Translations under genes and position numbers: made by a program | Part shown: positions 26,376-35,025 of the stretch, one piece after another | Layout: each line of letters begins with the position of its first letter | Position numbering within the stretch: position 1 is the stretch's first letter | The notes under the pieces: model-generated | The model's database searches: none | Told to the model about the DNA's origin: nothing | Seen by the model: the letters and a program-made list of their open reading frames with translations, nothing else | Origin: Escherichia coli | GTDB taxonomy: Bacteria > Pseudomonadota > Gammaproteobacteria > Enterobacterales > Enterobacteriaceae | Length of the DNA: 64,000 bases | Strand: one strand, 5' to 3' | NCBI RefSeq assembly: GCF_050920415.1 | Contig: NZ_CP169309.1

Positions 26376-27323
26376 ATGCGTGTGTTACTGGCGCCGATGG
26401 AGGGTGTACTCGACTCTCTGGTGCGTGAATTGCTGACCGAAGTTAACGACTACGATCTGTGCATCACCGAGTTTGTCCGCGTGGTGGATCAACTGCTGCC
26501 GGTAAAAGTTTTTCATCGCATTTGCCCGGAGCTACAAAACGCCAGCCGAACGCCATCCGGTACGCTGGTGCGCGTGCAATTGCTGGGTCAGTTCCCACAA
26601 TGGCTGGCAGAGAACGCCGCCCGTGCGGTGGAGTTAGGTTCCTGGGGTGTGGATCTTAATTGCGGCTGTCCGTCGAAAACGGTTAACGGTAGCGGCGGCG
26701 GGGCGACACTACTCAAAGATCCTGAACTCATCTACCAGGGTGCAAAAGCGATGCGTGAAGCTGTACCGGCGCATTTGCCCGTCAGTGTGAAAGTGCGTCT
26801 GGGCTGGGACAGCGGTGAGAAGAAATTTGAAATCGCCGATGCGGTTCAACAGGCTGGCGCTACGGAGTTGGTGGTGCATGGGCGGACAAAAGAGCAGGGG
26901 TACCGCGCGGAGCATATTGACTGGCAGGCGATTGGCGAGATTCGCCAACGGCTGAATATTCCGGTGATTGCCAACGGTGAAATCTGGGACTGGCAGAGCG
27001 CGCAACAGTGTATGGCGATCAGCGGCTGTGACGCGGTGATGATTGGTCGCGGAGCGCTCAATATTCCCAATCTGAGCCGAGTGGTAAAATATAACGAACC
27101 GCGAATGCCGTGGCCGGAGGTGGTTGCTTTGCTACAAAAATATACCCGTCTGGAAAAGCAGGGCGATACCGGGTTATATCACGTTGCGCGGATTAAACAG
27201 TGGTTGAGTTATTTGCGTAAAGAATACGATGAAGCAACAGAATTATTTCAGCATGTTCGGGTGTTGAATAATTCCCCTGATATTGCAAGGGCTATTCAGA
27301 CCATTGATATCGAGAAACTCTAA
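26376..27323 (+). CDS. dusC: tRNA-dihydrouridine synthase C, ~315 aa
   Basis: Dus family TIM-barrel sequence; start chosen at [10 protein letters not shown] (ORF track allows 19 extra N-terminal codons). Confidence 0.85.
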   Translation: MRVLLAPMEGVLDSLVRELLTEVNDYDLCITEFVRVVDQLLPVKVFHRICPELQNASRTPSGTLVRVQLLGQFPQWLAENAARAVELGSWGVDLNCGCPSKTVNGSGGGATLLKDPELIYQGAKAMREAVPAHLPVSVKVRLGWDSGEKKFEIADAVQQAGATELVVHGRTKEQGYRAEHIDWQAIGEIRQRLNIPVIANGEIWDWQSAQQCMAISGCDAVMIGRGALNIPNLSRVVKYNEPRMPWPEVVALLQKYTRLEKQGDTGLYHVARIKQWLSYLRKEYDEATELFQHVRVLNNSPDIARAIQTIDIEKL

Positions 27324-27379
27324 GAAACCATAGTGATGTTTTTTGACAATGTGTTAGCTCTTTATCAATAGGCCGCACG

Positions 27380-27610
27380 GTTGTTTGGTGGCGTCAAAAT
27401 CGCCGAGGCGTTCCCTGAAGGCCGGGGCAGCCCACATGGATGTGGGCTGAGGGCGCGTTTTACAGGGATGTTACCTCGCGCCCGACCCGGTAGCCGTAAG
27501 GGATAAGCCGAGGGCACCGCGCAGCGGCGATTTTGTTCGCCAGAGCCCGGGGGTGCAGGGGGCGGCGGCGACTGGTCGCCCCCTGCGCGCTCCTTGCGCT
27601 AGTGATTATA
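27380..27610. other. GC-rich, highly structured intergenic element of unknown identity (multiple hairpins)
   Basis: Several strong inverted repeats (gcagcccacatggatgtgggctg; gggcgcg-N19-cgcgccc; gggggcggcggcgactggtcgccccc) read in sequence; no convincing ORF. Confidence 0.3.
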
Positions 27611-27695
27611 TGAAGCAATGTACATGACAGGAGCGCAACAGGATGAGAGACTGAAATATTCTCGTTATTTTCGGATCTGATGACGTTAATTAATT

Positions 27696-27779
27696 TTAAA
27701 ATATCATCTTAAATACGCCAGTCACCACCAGTAGTCCAATCAGGAAAATAATCAATACAGCCCAGAGTATAATTTTCAT
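27696..27779 (-). CDS. yohP: Small single-TM membrane protein, 27 aa (MKIILWAVLIIFLIGLLVVTGVFKMIF)
   Basis: Not in supplied ORF track (below length cutoff); translated by hand. Sequence and position between dusC and mdtQ match the known E. coli small protein YohP as I recall it. Confidence 0.65.
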   Translation of the reverse strand: MKIILWAVLIIFLIGLLVVTGVFKMIF

Positions 27780-28002
27780 TGGCGTTCCTTTATTTGTGAG
27801 TGTCGAATAAGTATAGGAAAAAACGAAGCCCTTTGCCGTTACTCATAAGTGATTAAGATAAATCGGAGAATATCATTCACTTACTGTATATTTTTCTGAA
27901 TATGTCGTTTTATTGCCACTGATGTATTGCCACGCGAAACTAAAAAATATATTGCATCACACGGTAATCTCCGCGCACCTTTTCTTACCTGACTATTCCT
28001 CC

Positions 28003-29439
28003 ATGAATCGTGATTCCTTTTACCCAGCCATCGCCTGTTTTCCTCTGTTACTGATGCTGGCCGGGTGTGCGCCTATGCATGAAACCCGCCAGGCGTTAAG
28101 CCAGCAAACACCCGCTGCGCAAGTTGACACCGCATTACCTACGGCGCTGAAAAATGGTTGGCCAGACAGCCAATGGTGGCTGGAGTATCACGATAATCAA
28201 CTCACTTCATTAATTAACTATGCACTGCAGAATGCACCGGATATGCAGGTGGCTGAACAGCGCATTCAGCTGGCTGAAGCCCAGGCGAAGGCAGTTGCCA
28301 CTCAGGATGGCCCTCAGATCGATTTTTCTGCGGATATGGAGCGGCAAAAAATGTCGGCAGAAGGGCTAATGGGGCCGTTTGCTCTGAACGATCCTGCCGC
28401 AGGTACGACCGGTCCGTGGTACACCAATGGTACTTTTGGCTTAACGGCGGGCTGGCATCTTGATATTTGGGGAAAGAATCGGGCGGAGGTTACTGCTCGC
28501 CTGGGTACAGTTAAAGCACGGGCGGCGGAACGCGAGCAAACCCGCCAATTGCTGGCTGGCAGCGTTGCCCGCCTTTACTGGGAGTGGCAAACCCAGGCAG
28601 CGTTAAACACTGTTTTGCAGCAAATCGAAAAAGAGCAGAACACCATTATCGCGACCGATCGCCAGCTATACCAGAACGGGATTACTTCTTCAGTTGAAGG
28701 TGTGGAAACCGATATTAATGCCAGCAAGACCCGGCAGCAGCTCAACGATGTCGTGGGAAAAATGAAAATTATTGAGGCACGGTTAAGCGCACTTACAAAT
28801 CACCAGATAAAGTCATTGAAGCTTAAACCGGTTGAGTTGCCGAAAGTGGCAAGTCAGCTTCCTGATGAACTGGGGTATTCATTGCTGGCACGGCGGGCAG
28901 ATTTGCAGGCAGCGCATTGGTACGTTGAGTCATCGTTAAGCACCATTGATGCGGCAAAAGCGGCCTTTTATCCTGACATCAACCTGATGGCCTTCCTGCA
29001 ACAGGATGCGTTGCACTTAAGCGATTTGTTCCGTCATTCCGCGCAGCAAATGGGCGTTACGGCAGGCCTGACGCTACCCATTTTCGATAGTGGTCGTCTT
29101 AACGCCAACCTCGATATTGCAAAAGCCGAAAGCAACTTGTCTATCGCCAGCTACAACAAAGCGGTGGTTGAAGCGGTGAATGACGTGGCGCGGGCAGCCA
29201 GTCAGGTTCAGACGCTGGCGGAGAAAAACCAGCATCAGGCGCAAATTGAGCGCGATGCCTTGCGTGTGGTAGGTCTTGCGCAGGCCCGCTTTAACGCGGG
29301 TATCATTGCTGGTTCCCGCGTCAGCGAAGCCAGGATCCCGGCGCTGCGTGAGCGGGCCAATGGCCTGTTATTGTAAGGGCAGTGGCTGGATGCCTCCATT
29401 CAACTCACTGGTGCGTTGGGCGGGGGTTACAAACGCTGA
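28003..29439 (+). pseudogene. mdtQ: Outer-membrane efflux channel (OprM/NodT family lipoprotein); reading frame interrupted by in-frame TAA at 29374-29376
   Basis: Lipoprotein signal 'LLLMLAGC'; OMF family body. After the TAA stop the same frame continues 'GQWLDASIQLTGALGGGYKR*', which carries the family-typical ALGGG(Y/W) C-terminal motif, so the stop is premature. Confidence 0.6.
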
Positions 29440-29491
29440 TGATATACGCCTTCTATACTTAACGTTTATTCAGCGTTAAGTGGAGAACTCG

Positions 29492-30253
29492 ATGGCACAG
29501 GTCGCGATTATTACCGCTTCCGATTCGGGGATCGGCAAAGAGTGCGCGTTATTACTGGCGCAGCAGGGTTTTGATATTGGTATTACCTGGCACTCAGATG
29601 AAGAAGGGGCAAAAGATACCGCGCGTGAGGTGGTTAGCCACGGCGTACGTGCGGAGATGGTGCAGTTGGATCTCGGTAAACTGCCAGAGGGGGCAATGGC
29701 GCTGGAGAAACTTATTCAACGGCTGGGGCGCATCGATGTGCTCGTGAATAATGCGGGCACAATGACCAAAGCGCCGTTTCTTGATATGGCTTTCGATGAG
29801 TGGCGCAAGATTTTTACCGTTGATGTTGATGGTGCATTTTTATGCTCGCAAATTGCGGCCCGCCAGATGGTGAAACAAGGGCAGGGCGGTCGCATCATCA
29901 ACATTACGTCGGTACATGAACATACGCCGCTGCCGGATGCCAGCGCCTATACAGCCGCTAAACATGCACTCGGTGGGCTAACCAAAGCGATGGCGCTTGA
30001 GCTGGTCAGGCATAAGATTTTGGTGAATGCAGTCGCGCCTGGGGCTATCGCCACGCCAATGAATGGCATGGATGACGGCGACGTGAAGCCCGACGCGGAG
30101 CCTTCGATTCCCCTGCGGCGTTTCGGCGCAACGCATGAGATTGCCAGCCTGGTGGCGTGGTTATGCTCTGAAGGCGCAAATTACACCACCGGGCAGTCGT
30201 TAATTGTCGATGGTGGCTTTATGCTGGCGAATCCGCAGTTCAACCCAGAATAG
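29492..30253 (+). CDS. yohF: Short-chain dehydrogenase/reductase (SDR), ~253 aa
   Basis: 'TASDSGIGK' cofactor-binding motif and 'YTAAKHAL' catalytic YxxxK. Confidence 0.85.
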   Translation: MAQVAIITASDSGIGKECALLLAQQGFDIGITWHSDEEGAKDTAREVVSHGVRAEMVQLDLGKLPEGAMALEKLIQRLGRIDVLVNNAGTMTKAPFLDMAFDEWRKIFTVDVDGAFLCSQIAARQMVKQGQGGRIINITSVHEHTPLPDASAYTAAKHALGGLTKAMALELVRHKILVNAVAPGAIATPMNGMDDGDVKPDAEPSIPLRRFGATHEIASLVAWLCSEGANYTTGQSLIVDGGFMLANPQFNPE

Positions 30254-30297
30254 CGCAGTGAGGTGCGTGGTTGTTTCAATGGGTAATCTTTGGTAGG

Positions 30298-30370
30298 TAT
30301 GATAAGACGCATAAGCGTCGCATCAGGCATGGTGCGACGGATGTCGGATGCGGCGCAAACGCCTTATTCT
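30298..30370. repeat. REP element(s) between yohF and yohD
   Basis: gcatcaggcatggtgcgacggatgtcggatgcggcgcaaacgcc palindromic units. Confidence 0.5.
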
Positions 30371-30381
30371 AGGCAATGGTT

Positions 30382-30960
30382 TTACGCCTGATTATCCGGC
30401 TTTTTCTTCCCGCGTCGTTTCAGCCACCAGCGCACGCCTACCACCAGAACCACGACCAGAATCAACCAGACCCAGTGCTTCAAATGCTGGTCGAGATTGT
30501 GCAACCACGGCGCAATCACCTGACCACCAGCGTAACCGATAGTGGTAAAAATCAACGCCCAGGCAAATGCGCCAAGGATATTCAGTGGCAGAAAGATTTT
30601 CGGCGGCAGCTGGCTGGCACCAATCAGCGTCGGGCCAATCACCCTAAAGCCATACATAAAACGCGTACCAATGACAAACAGATACGGATGGCGTTGGATA
30701 AGTTTCTGCGCCCGCTCAATTTTATCCTGATGTTTCGAGAAACGGCGTAATAGCTTGCCGCCAAAGCGCCGCCCGCACAGATAAAGCACCTGGTCGCCAA
30801 TCATGCCGCCAAGCGCCACAGAAAGTACCACCAGCGGGAACTTTAATAGTCCCTGATGTGCCGCAACGCCTCCCAGCAAAGTCACGGTTTCACCTTCCGC
30901 CAGGCTACCGATCACCAGCGCGGCATAACCATATTGTGAGATGAGTGTATTGAGATCCAT
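30382..30960 (-). CDS. yohD: DedA-family inner membrane protein, ~192 aa
   Basis: DedA/SNARE-associated fold; start chosen at MDLNTLISQYGY. Confidence 0.8.
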   Translation of the reverse strand: MDLNTLISQYGYAALVIGSLAEGETVTLLGGVAAHQGLLKFPLVVLSVALGGMIGDQVLYLCGRRFGGKLLRRFSKHQDKIERAQKLIQRHPYLFVIGTRFMYGFRVIGPTLIGASQLPPKIFLPLNILGAFAWALIFTTIGYAGGQVIAPWLHNLDQHLKHWVWLILVVVLVVGVRWWLKRRGKKKPDNQA

Positions 30961-31129
30961 AGGCCAGTCTGTCTCCCTTTGGTTGCCTGTAAGCATACAC
31001 CCTGTGAATAGTTAACGCTGAAAAAGGACATACATCAGACGGTGCAAATTACATGAGCGAACAAAAAATAATCACAAGCTGACTTATACTTGAACTGTCA
31101 GGTTCATGAACTCACAACAAGGGGGCGGT

Positions 31130-31717
31130 ATGAGCCATGTCTGGGGACTGTTTTCCCATCCCGATCGTGAAATGCAGGTGATTAATCGCGAAAACGAAAC
31201 GATTTCTCATCACTACACCCACCACGTTTTGCTGATGGCGGCAATTCCGGTGATTTGCGCCTTCATTGGCACCACACAAATTGGCTGGAATTTTGGCGAT
31301 GGCACCATCCTGAAGTTATCCTGGTTTACCGGACTGGCGCTGGCTGTCTTGTTTTATGGCGTTATGCTGGCTGGGGTCGCGGTGATGGGGCGGGTCATTT
31401 GGTGGATGGCACGCAATTACCCGCAGCGTCCGTCGCTTGCGCACTGTATGGTCTTCGCGGGCTACGTTGCGACGCCGCTGTTTTTAAGCGGTCTGGTGGC
31501 GCTTTACCCGCTGGTCTGGTTGTGTGCGCTGGTCGGCACGGTGGCGCTGTTTTACACCGGCTACCTGCTTTATCTCGGTATTCCAAGCTTCCTGAATATC
31601 AACAAAGAGGAAGGCCTTAGCTTCTCCAGTTCGACGCTGGCGATTGGCGTGCTGGTACTGGAAGTGCTGCTCGCCCTTACCGTTATACTATGGGGTTACG
31701 GTTATCGTTTGTTCTAG
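31130..31717 (+). CDS. yohC: Yip1-family inner membrane protein, ~195 aa
   Basis: Polytopic; start chosen at MSHVWGLF. Confidence 0.75.
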   Translation: MSHVWGLFSHPDREMQVINRENETISHHYTHHVLLMAAIPVICAFIGTTQIGWNFGDGTILKLSWFTGLALAVLFYGVMLAGVAVMGRVIWWMARNYPQRPSLAHCMVFAGYVATPLFLSGLVALYPLVWLCALVGTVALFYTGYLLYLGIPSFLNINKEEGLSFSSSTLAIGVLVLEVLLALTVILWGYGYRLF

Positions 31718-31890
31718 AAAGTTCTTTTGTGTTGCATTGCTGGCGTAAATGTCAGCAATGCAGCATTTCCTCACGATTCTCCTTTGACGATCGCACTTTT
31801 TGCTCGTTATGATGGCGTCGCTAGCCTCAGTAAATCCTTACTCCGGCGGTGCGCAACCCGTGCGCGTGAACCACTATCTGAATGCTCATC

Positions 31891-32823
31891 ATGCCGAAAT
31901 TTCGAGTTTCTTTATTTAGCCTGGCCCTGATGCTGGCTGTGCCTTTTGCACCGCAGGCCGTTGCGAAAACGGCAGTCGCTACCACCGCTTCACAGCCGGA
32001 AATTGCCTCCGGTAGCGCGATGATTGTTGATCTGAATACCAACAAAGTGATCTATTCGAACCACCCGGATCTGGTGCGTCCGATTGCGTCTATCAGCAAA
32101 TTAATGACCGCGATGGTTGTGCTGGATGCACGATTGCCGCTGGATGAAAAACTGAAAGTGGATATCAGCCAGACGCCGGAGATGAAAGGGGTCTATTCGC
32201 GCGTACGACTGAACAGCGAAATCAGCCGTAAAGAGATGCTGTTGCTGGCGCTGATGTCTTCAGAAAACCGCGCGGCGGCAAGCCTTGCGCACCATTATCC
32301 CGGTGGTTACAAAGCCTTTATTAAGGCGATGAATGCGAAAGCGAAATCGCTCGGAATGAACAACACGCGCTTTGTTGAACCGACCGGATTGTCGGTGCAT
32401 AACGTTTCAACCGCTCGTGATTTAACCAAACTGCTTATTGCCAGCAAACAATATCCATTGATCGGGCAGTTAAGTACTACCCGGGAAGATATGGCAACCT
32501 TCTCTAACCCGACGTATACGCTGCCGTTCCGCAATACTAACCATCTGGTGTATCGCGATAACTGGAATATTCAGTTAACCAAAACCGGTTTTACCAATGC
32601 GGCGGGCCATTGTCTGGTGATGCGCACGGTTATCAATAATAAACCGGTGGCGCTGGTAGTGATGGATGCGTTTGGCAAATATACCCATTTTGCCGATGCC
32701 AGCCGCCTGCGTACCTGGATTGAAACCGGTAAAGTGATGCCTGTTCCGGCAGCAGCGTTGAGCTATAAAAAACAAAAAGCCGCCCAGATGGCGGCGGCGG
32801 GGCAGACGGCGCAGAACGATTAA
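31891..32823 (+). CDS. pbpG: D-alanyl-D-alanine endopeptidase (penicillin-binding protein 7), ~310 aa
   Basis: Signal peptide, active-site 'SISKLMT' (SxxK) and 'SSEN' (SxN) motifs. Confidence 0.9.
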   Translation: MPKFRVSLFSLALMLAVPFAPQAVAKTAVATTASQPEIASGSAMIVDLNTNKVIYSNHPDLVRPIASISKLMTAMVVLDARLPLDEKLKVDISQTPEMKGVYSRVRLNSEISRKEMLLLALMSSENRAAASLAHHYPGGYKAFIKAMNAKAKSLGMNNTRFVEPTGLSVHNVSTARDLTKLLIASKQYPLIGQLSTTREDMATFSNPTYTLPFRNTNHLVYRDNWNIQLTKTGFTNAAGHCLVMRTVINNKPVALVVMDAFGKYTHFADASRLRTWIETGKVMPVPAAALSYKKQKAAQMAAAGQTAQND

Positions 32824-32825
32824 GG

Positions 32826-33108
32826 GTAGGCAGGATAAGGCGTTTACGCCGCATCAGGCATTCGGAGCACAATGCCTGATGCGATGCTTGCGCATCTTAT
32901 CAGGCCTACAAACGTGACGCGTCCGTAGGCAGGATAAGGCGTTCACGCCGCATCCGGCATTCGGAGCACAATGCCTGATGCGATGCTTGCGCATCTTATC
33001 AGGCCTACAAACGTGACGCGTCCGTAGGCAGGATAAGGCGTTCACGCCGCATCCGGCATTCGGTGCACGATGCCTGATGCGATGCTTCTATTTGCATCAG
33101 GCATCCAG
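32826..33108. repeat. BIME: tandem array of REP units (three near-identical ~98-bp repeats) between pbpG and dld
   Basis: Unit 'ggcaggataaggcgttcacgccgcatccggcattcggagcacaatgcctgatgcgatgcttgcgcatcttatcaggcctacaaacgtgacgcgtccgta' recurs at ~32829, ~32927 and ~33025. Confidence 0.75.
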
Positions 33109-33114
33109 CCGTAT

Positions 33115-34830
33115 TTACTCCACTTCCTGCCAGTTTTTACGCTTACTGGTTTTACCGATCCCCGGATTCATGCTGTTGGTCGGATCGTTCTCGCGATAGA
33201 ACTTCTGCAACGTCTCCGGTGCTTTATACAAATGACCGACGTTATGCTCGGCAGGGTATTGCGCGCCGCGCTGCTGTAGCAGTTCCAGCATCTGTTCTTT
33301 CAACGCATGTACATCCACGCCTTTTTTAACGATGTAATCCTGATGGAAGACATAGCACATAAAATGGCCGTAATAGAGCTTGTGCACCAACTGACTGTCG
33401 ATCTCCGGCGGTAAATGCTCATACCACTCGGTGTCGTTACGCCGCAGAGCGATATCCAGCGCCAGAATATCTTCGACTTCATCGGAATGCACCGCCTGAT
33501 AACGAATTGCTGCGCCCGCAGCGGCGAAACGGTGTAAAAACGCTTTGCTGCCTTCCTCCGGCGTACAGACAAAGAAATCGCCCTCGGCCTGTTTGAAATA
33601 ATCCACCAGCCACGATTTTGCTTCACCGACGCCATCGCCCGCCATTTTTAACAGCAGATGATGTTCATATTTATCGCGCCAGCTTTTCATGCGCGGTGGT
33701 AAATGGCTGGGGAACAGGTGACCGAATTTTTGCATCGCACGGTCGGTAAAATGCGGACGGAAGAATTTCACTTTCTCCAGCATCGCATCGGTACGTCCCT
33801 TGAGATTAAAGAAGAACGGCATCTTGTCGGTGCCTAACTTATCAATCATCAGGAAGGTGTCTTTGCCGTATTTTTCCGCAATATCGTAGATATCCCGGTG
33901 CATATATTCCCCGGCAACCGGCAGATTTTCGAAATTAGCCAGAATATGACGGCGGATTTCGGTCAGTACTTCCGGCTGGTTGGTGCCGATATAAAACACC
34001 TGCTGATTTTTTTCTGCTTCGAAGGTATCAAGACGTACCGCAAAGACGGCCAGCTTCCCGGCGCAACCAGAAGATTCAAATAACCGATCCGGATCGGCGT
34101 TATAACGTGCGGGCGTGTCGGCTTCAATATCACGAACGCGGTGGACATAGTCATAATCGTGGGCGTGACGACCATCGTGGCGCACATCGTCATCTTTGAT
34201 GCGATCGTCATCCAGCTTGCTAAGGATCTGCTCCGGCGTTTCGCCCAGATCAATCCCCAGATGGTTCACCAGCGTCAGTTTTCCATCTTCATTTATACGC
34301 GCGAATAACGACATTTCGGTATACGCCGGGCCACGCTGCACCAGCGAGCCGCCGGAGTTGTTACAAATACCGCCGATGACCGATGCGCCTATACACGATG
34401 AGCCAATCACCGAGTGCGGTTCGCGTCCCAGCGGTTTGAGGGCTTTTTCCAGCGAATAAAGCGTGGTGCCCGGATAGGCCAGCACCTGTTCGCCCTTGCC
34501 AAGAACGTGCAGCTTGTCGAGACGCAGGGTGCTGATGATCACGATATCGCGATCATAGTCGTTACCGTTTGGCGTCGAGCCTTCGGTCAGACCTGTATTG
34601 GCAGCCTGCATCAGAATAATTTTGTCGGCGGTGACGCAGGCTTTCAGCACCCGCCACAATTCCAGTAGTGAGCCAGGGAAAACGACAGCCAGCGCGTCGC
34701 CCTGACCAGAACGGAAGCCCTTGCGATAGCGGGCCGTTTTTGCGGGATCGGTGAGCAGGTGTGAATGACCGACCAGACGGGCAAGTTCATTCAAAAAGGC
34801 TTTATTATCAGTTGTTGTCATGGAAGACAT
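33115..34830 (-). CDS. dld: FAD-dependent respiratory D-lactate dehydrogenase, ~571 aa
   Basis: Length and FAD-binding domain; start chosen at MSSMTTTDNKAFLNEL. Confidence 0.9.
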   Translation of the reverse strand: MSSMTTTDNKAFLNELARLVGHSHLLTDPAKTARYRKGFRSGQGDALAVVFPGSLLELWRVLKACVTADKIILMQAANTGLTEGSTPNGNDYDRDIVIISTLRLDKLHVLGKGEQVLAYPGTTLYSLEKALKPLGREPHSVIGSSCIGASVIGGICNNSGGSLVQRGPAYTEMSLFARINEDGKLTLVNHLGIDLGETPEQILSKLDDDRIKDDDVRHDGRHAHDYDYVHRVRDIEADTPARYNADPDRLFESSGCAGKLAVFAVRLDTFEAEKNQQVFYIGTNQPEVLTEIRRHILANFENLPVAGEYMHRDIYDIAEKYGKDTFLMIDKLGTDKMPFFFNLKGRTDAMLEKVKFFRPHFTDRAMQKFGHLFPSHLPPRMKSWRDKYEHHLLLKMAGDGVGEAKSWLVDYFKQAEGDFFVCTPEEGSKAFLHRFAAAGAAIRYQAVHSDEVEDILALDIALRRNDTEWYEHLPPEIDSQLVHKLYYGHFMCYVFHQDYIVKKGVDVHALKEQMLELLQQRGAQYPAEHNVGHLYKAPETLQKFYRENDPTNSMNPGIGKTSKRKNWQEVE

Positions 34831-35025
34831 TTTCCACTCCTTGTGGTGGCGAAAAAATATCACAAACTAGCATAGCGCCTTGTATGACAATTCAGCGAGT
34901 GAATATTTTGAAAATTCAGACAATAAACTGAGCATTCTTTTTCTCTCTCCATCATGCTTATGGCAAACTACGGTTTTTGCACCATTTTCGCTGCCTCGTC
35001 GGGCAACAGAGGAAGAATAATCCAT

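Noticed and set aside
27913-29376. 487-aa ORF taken at face value as an intact mdtQ
   Set aside because: The first 30 codons precede the lipoprotein signal peptide (start more likely at 28003), and the frame continues past the TAA into the conserved ALGGGYKR tail, so the locus is better described as interrupted.
32854-33045. 63-aa ORF with internally repeated peptide sequence
   Set aside because: Lies entirely within the tandem REP/BIME array; repetition of the DNA unit, not coding potential, produces the ORF.
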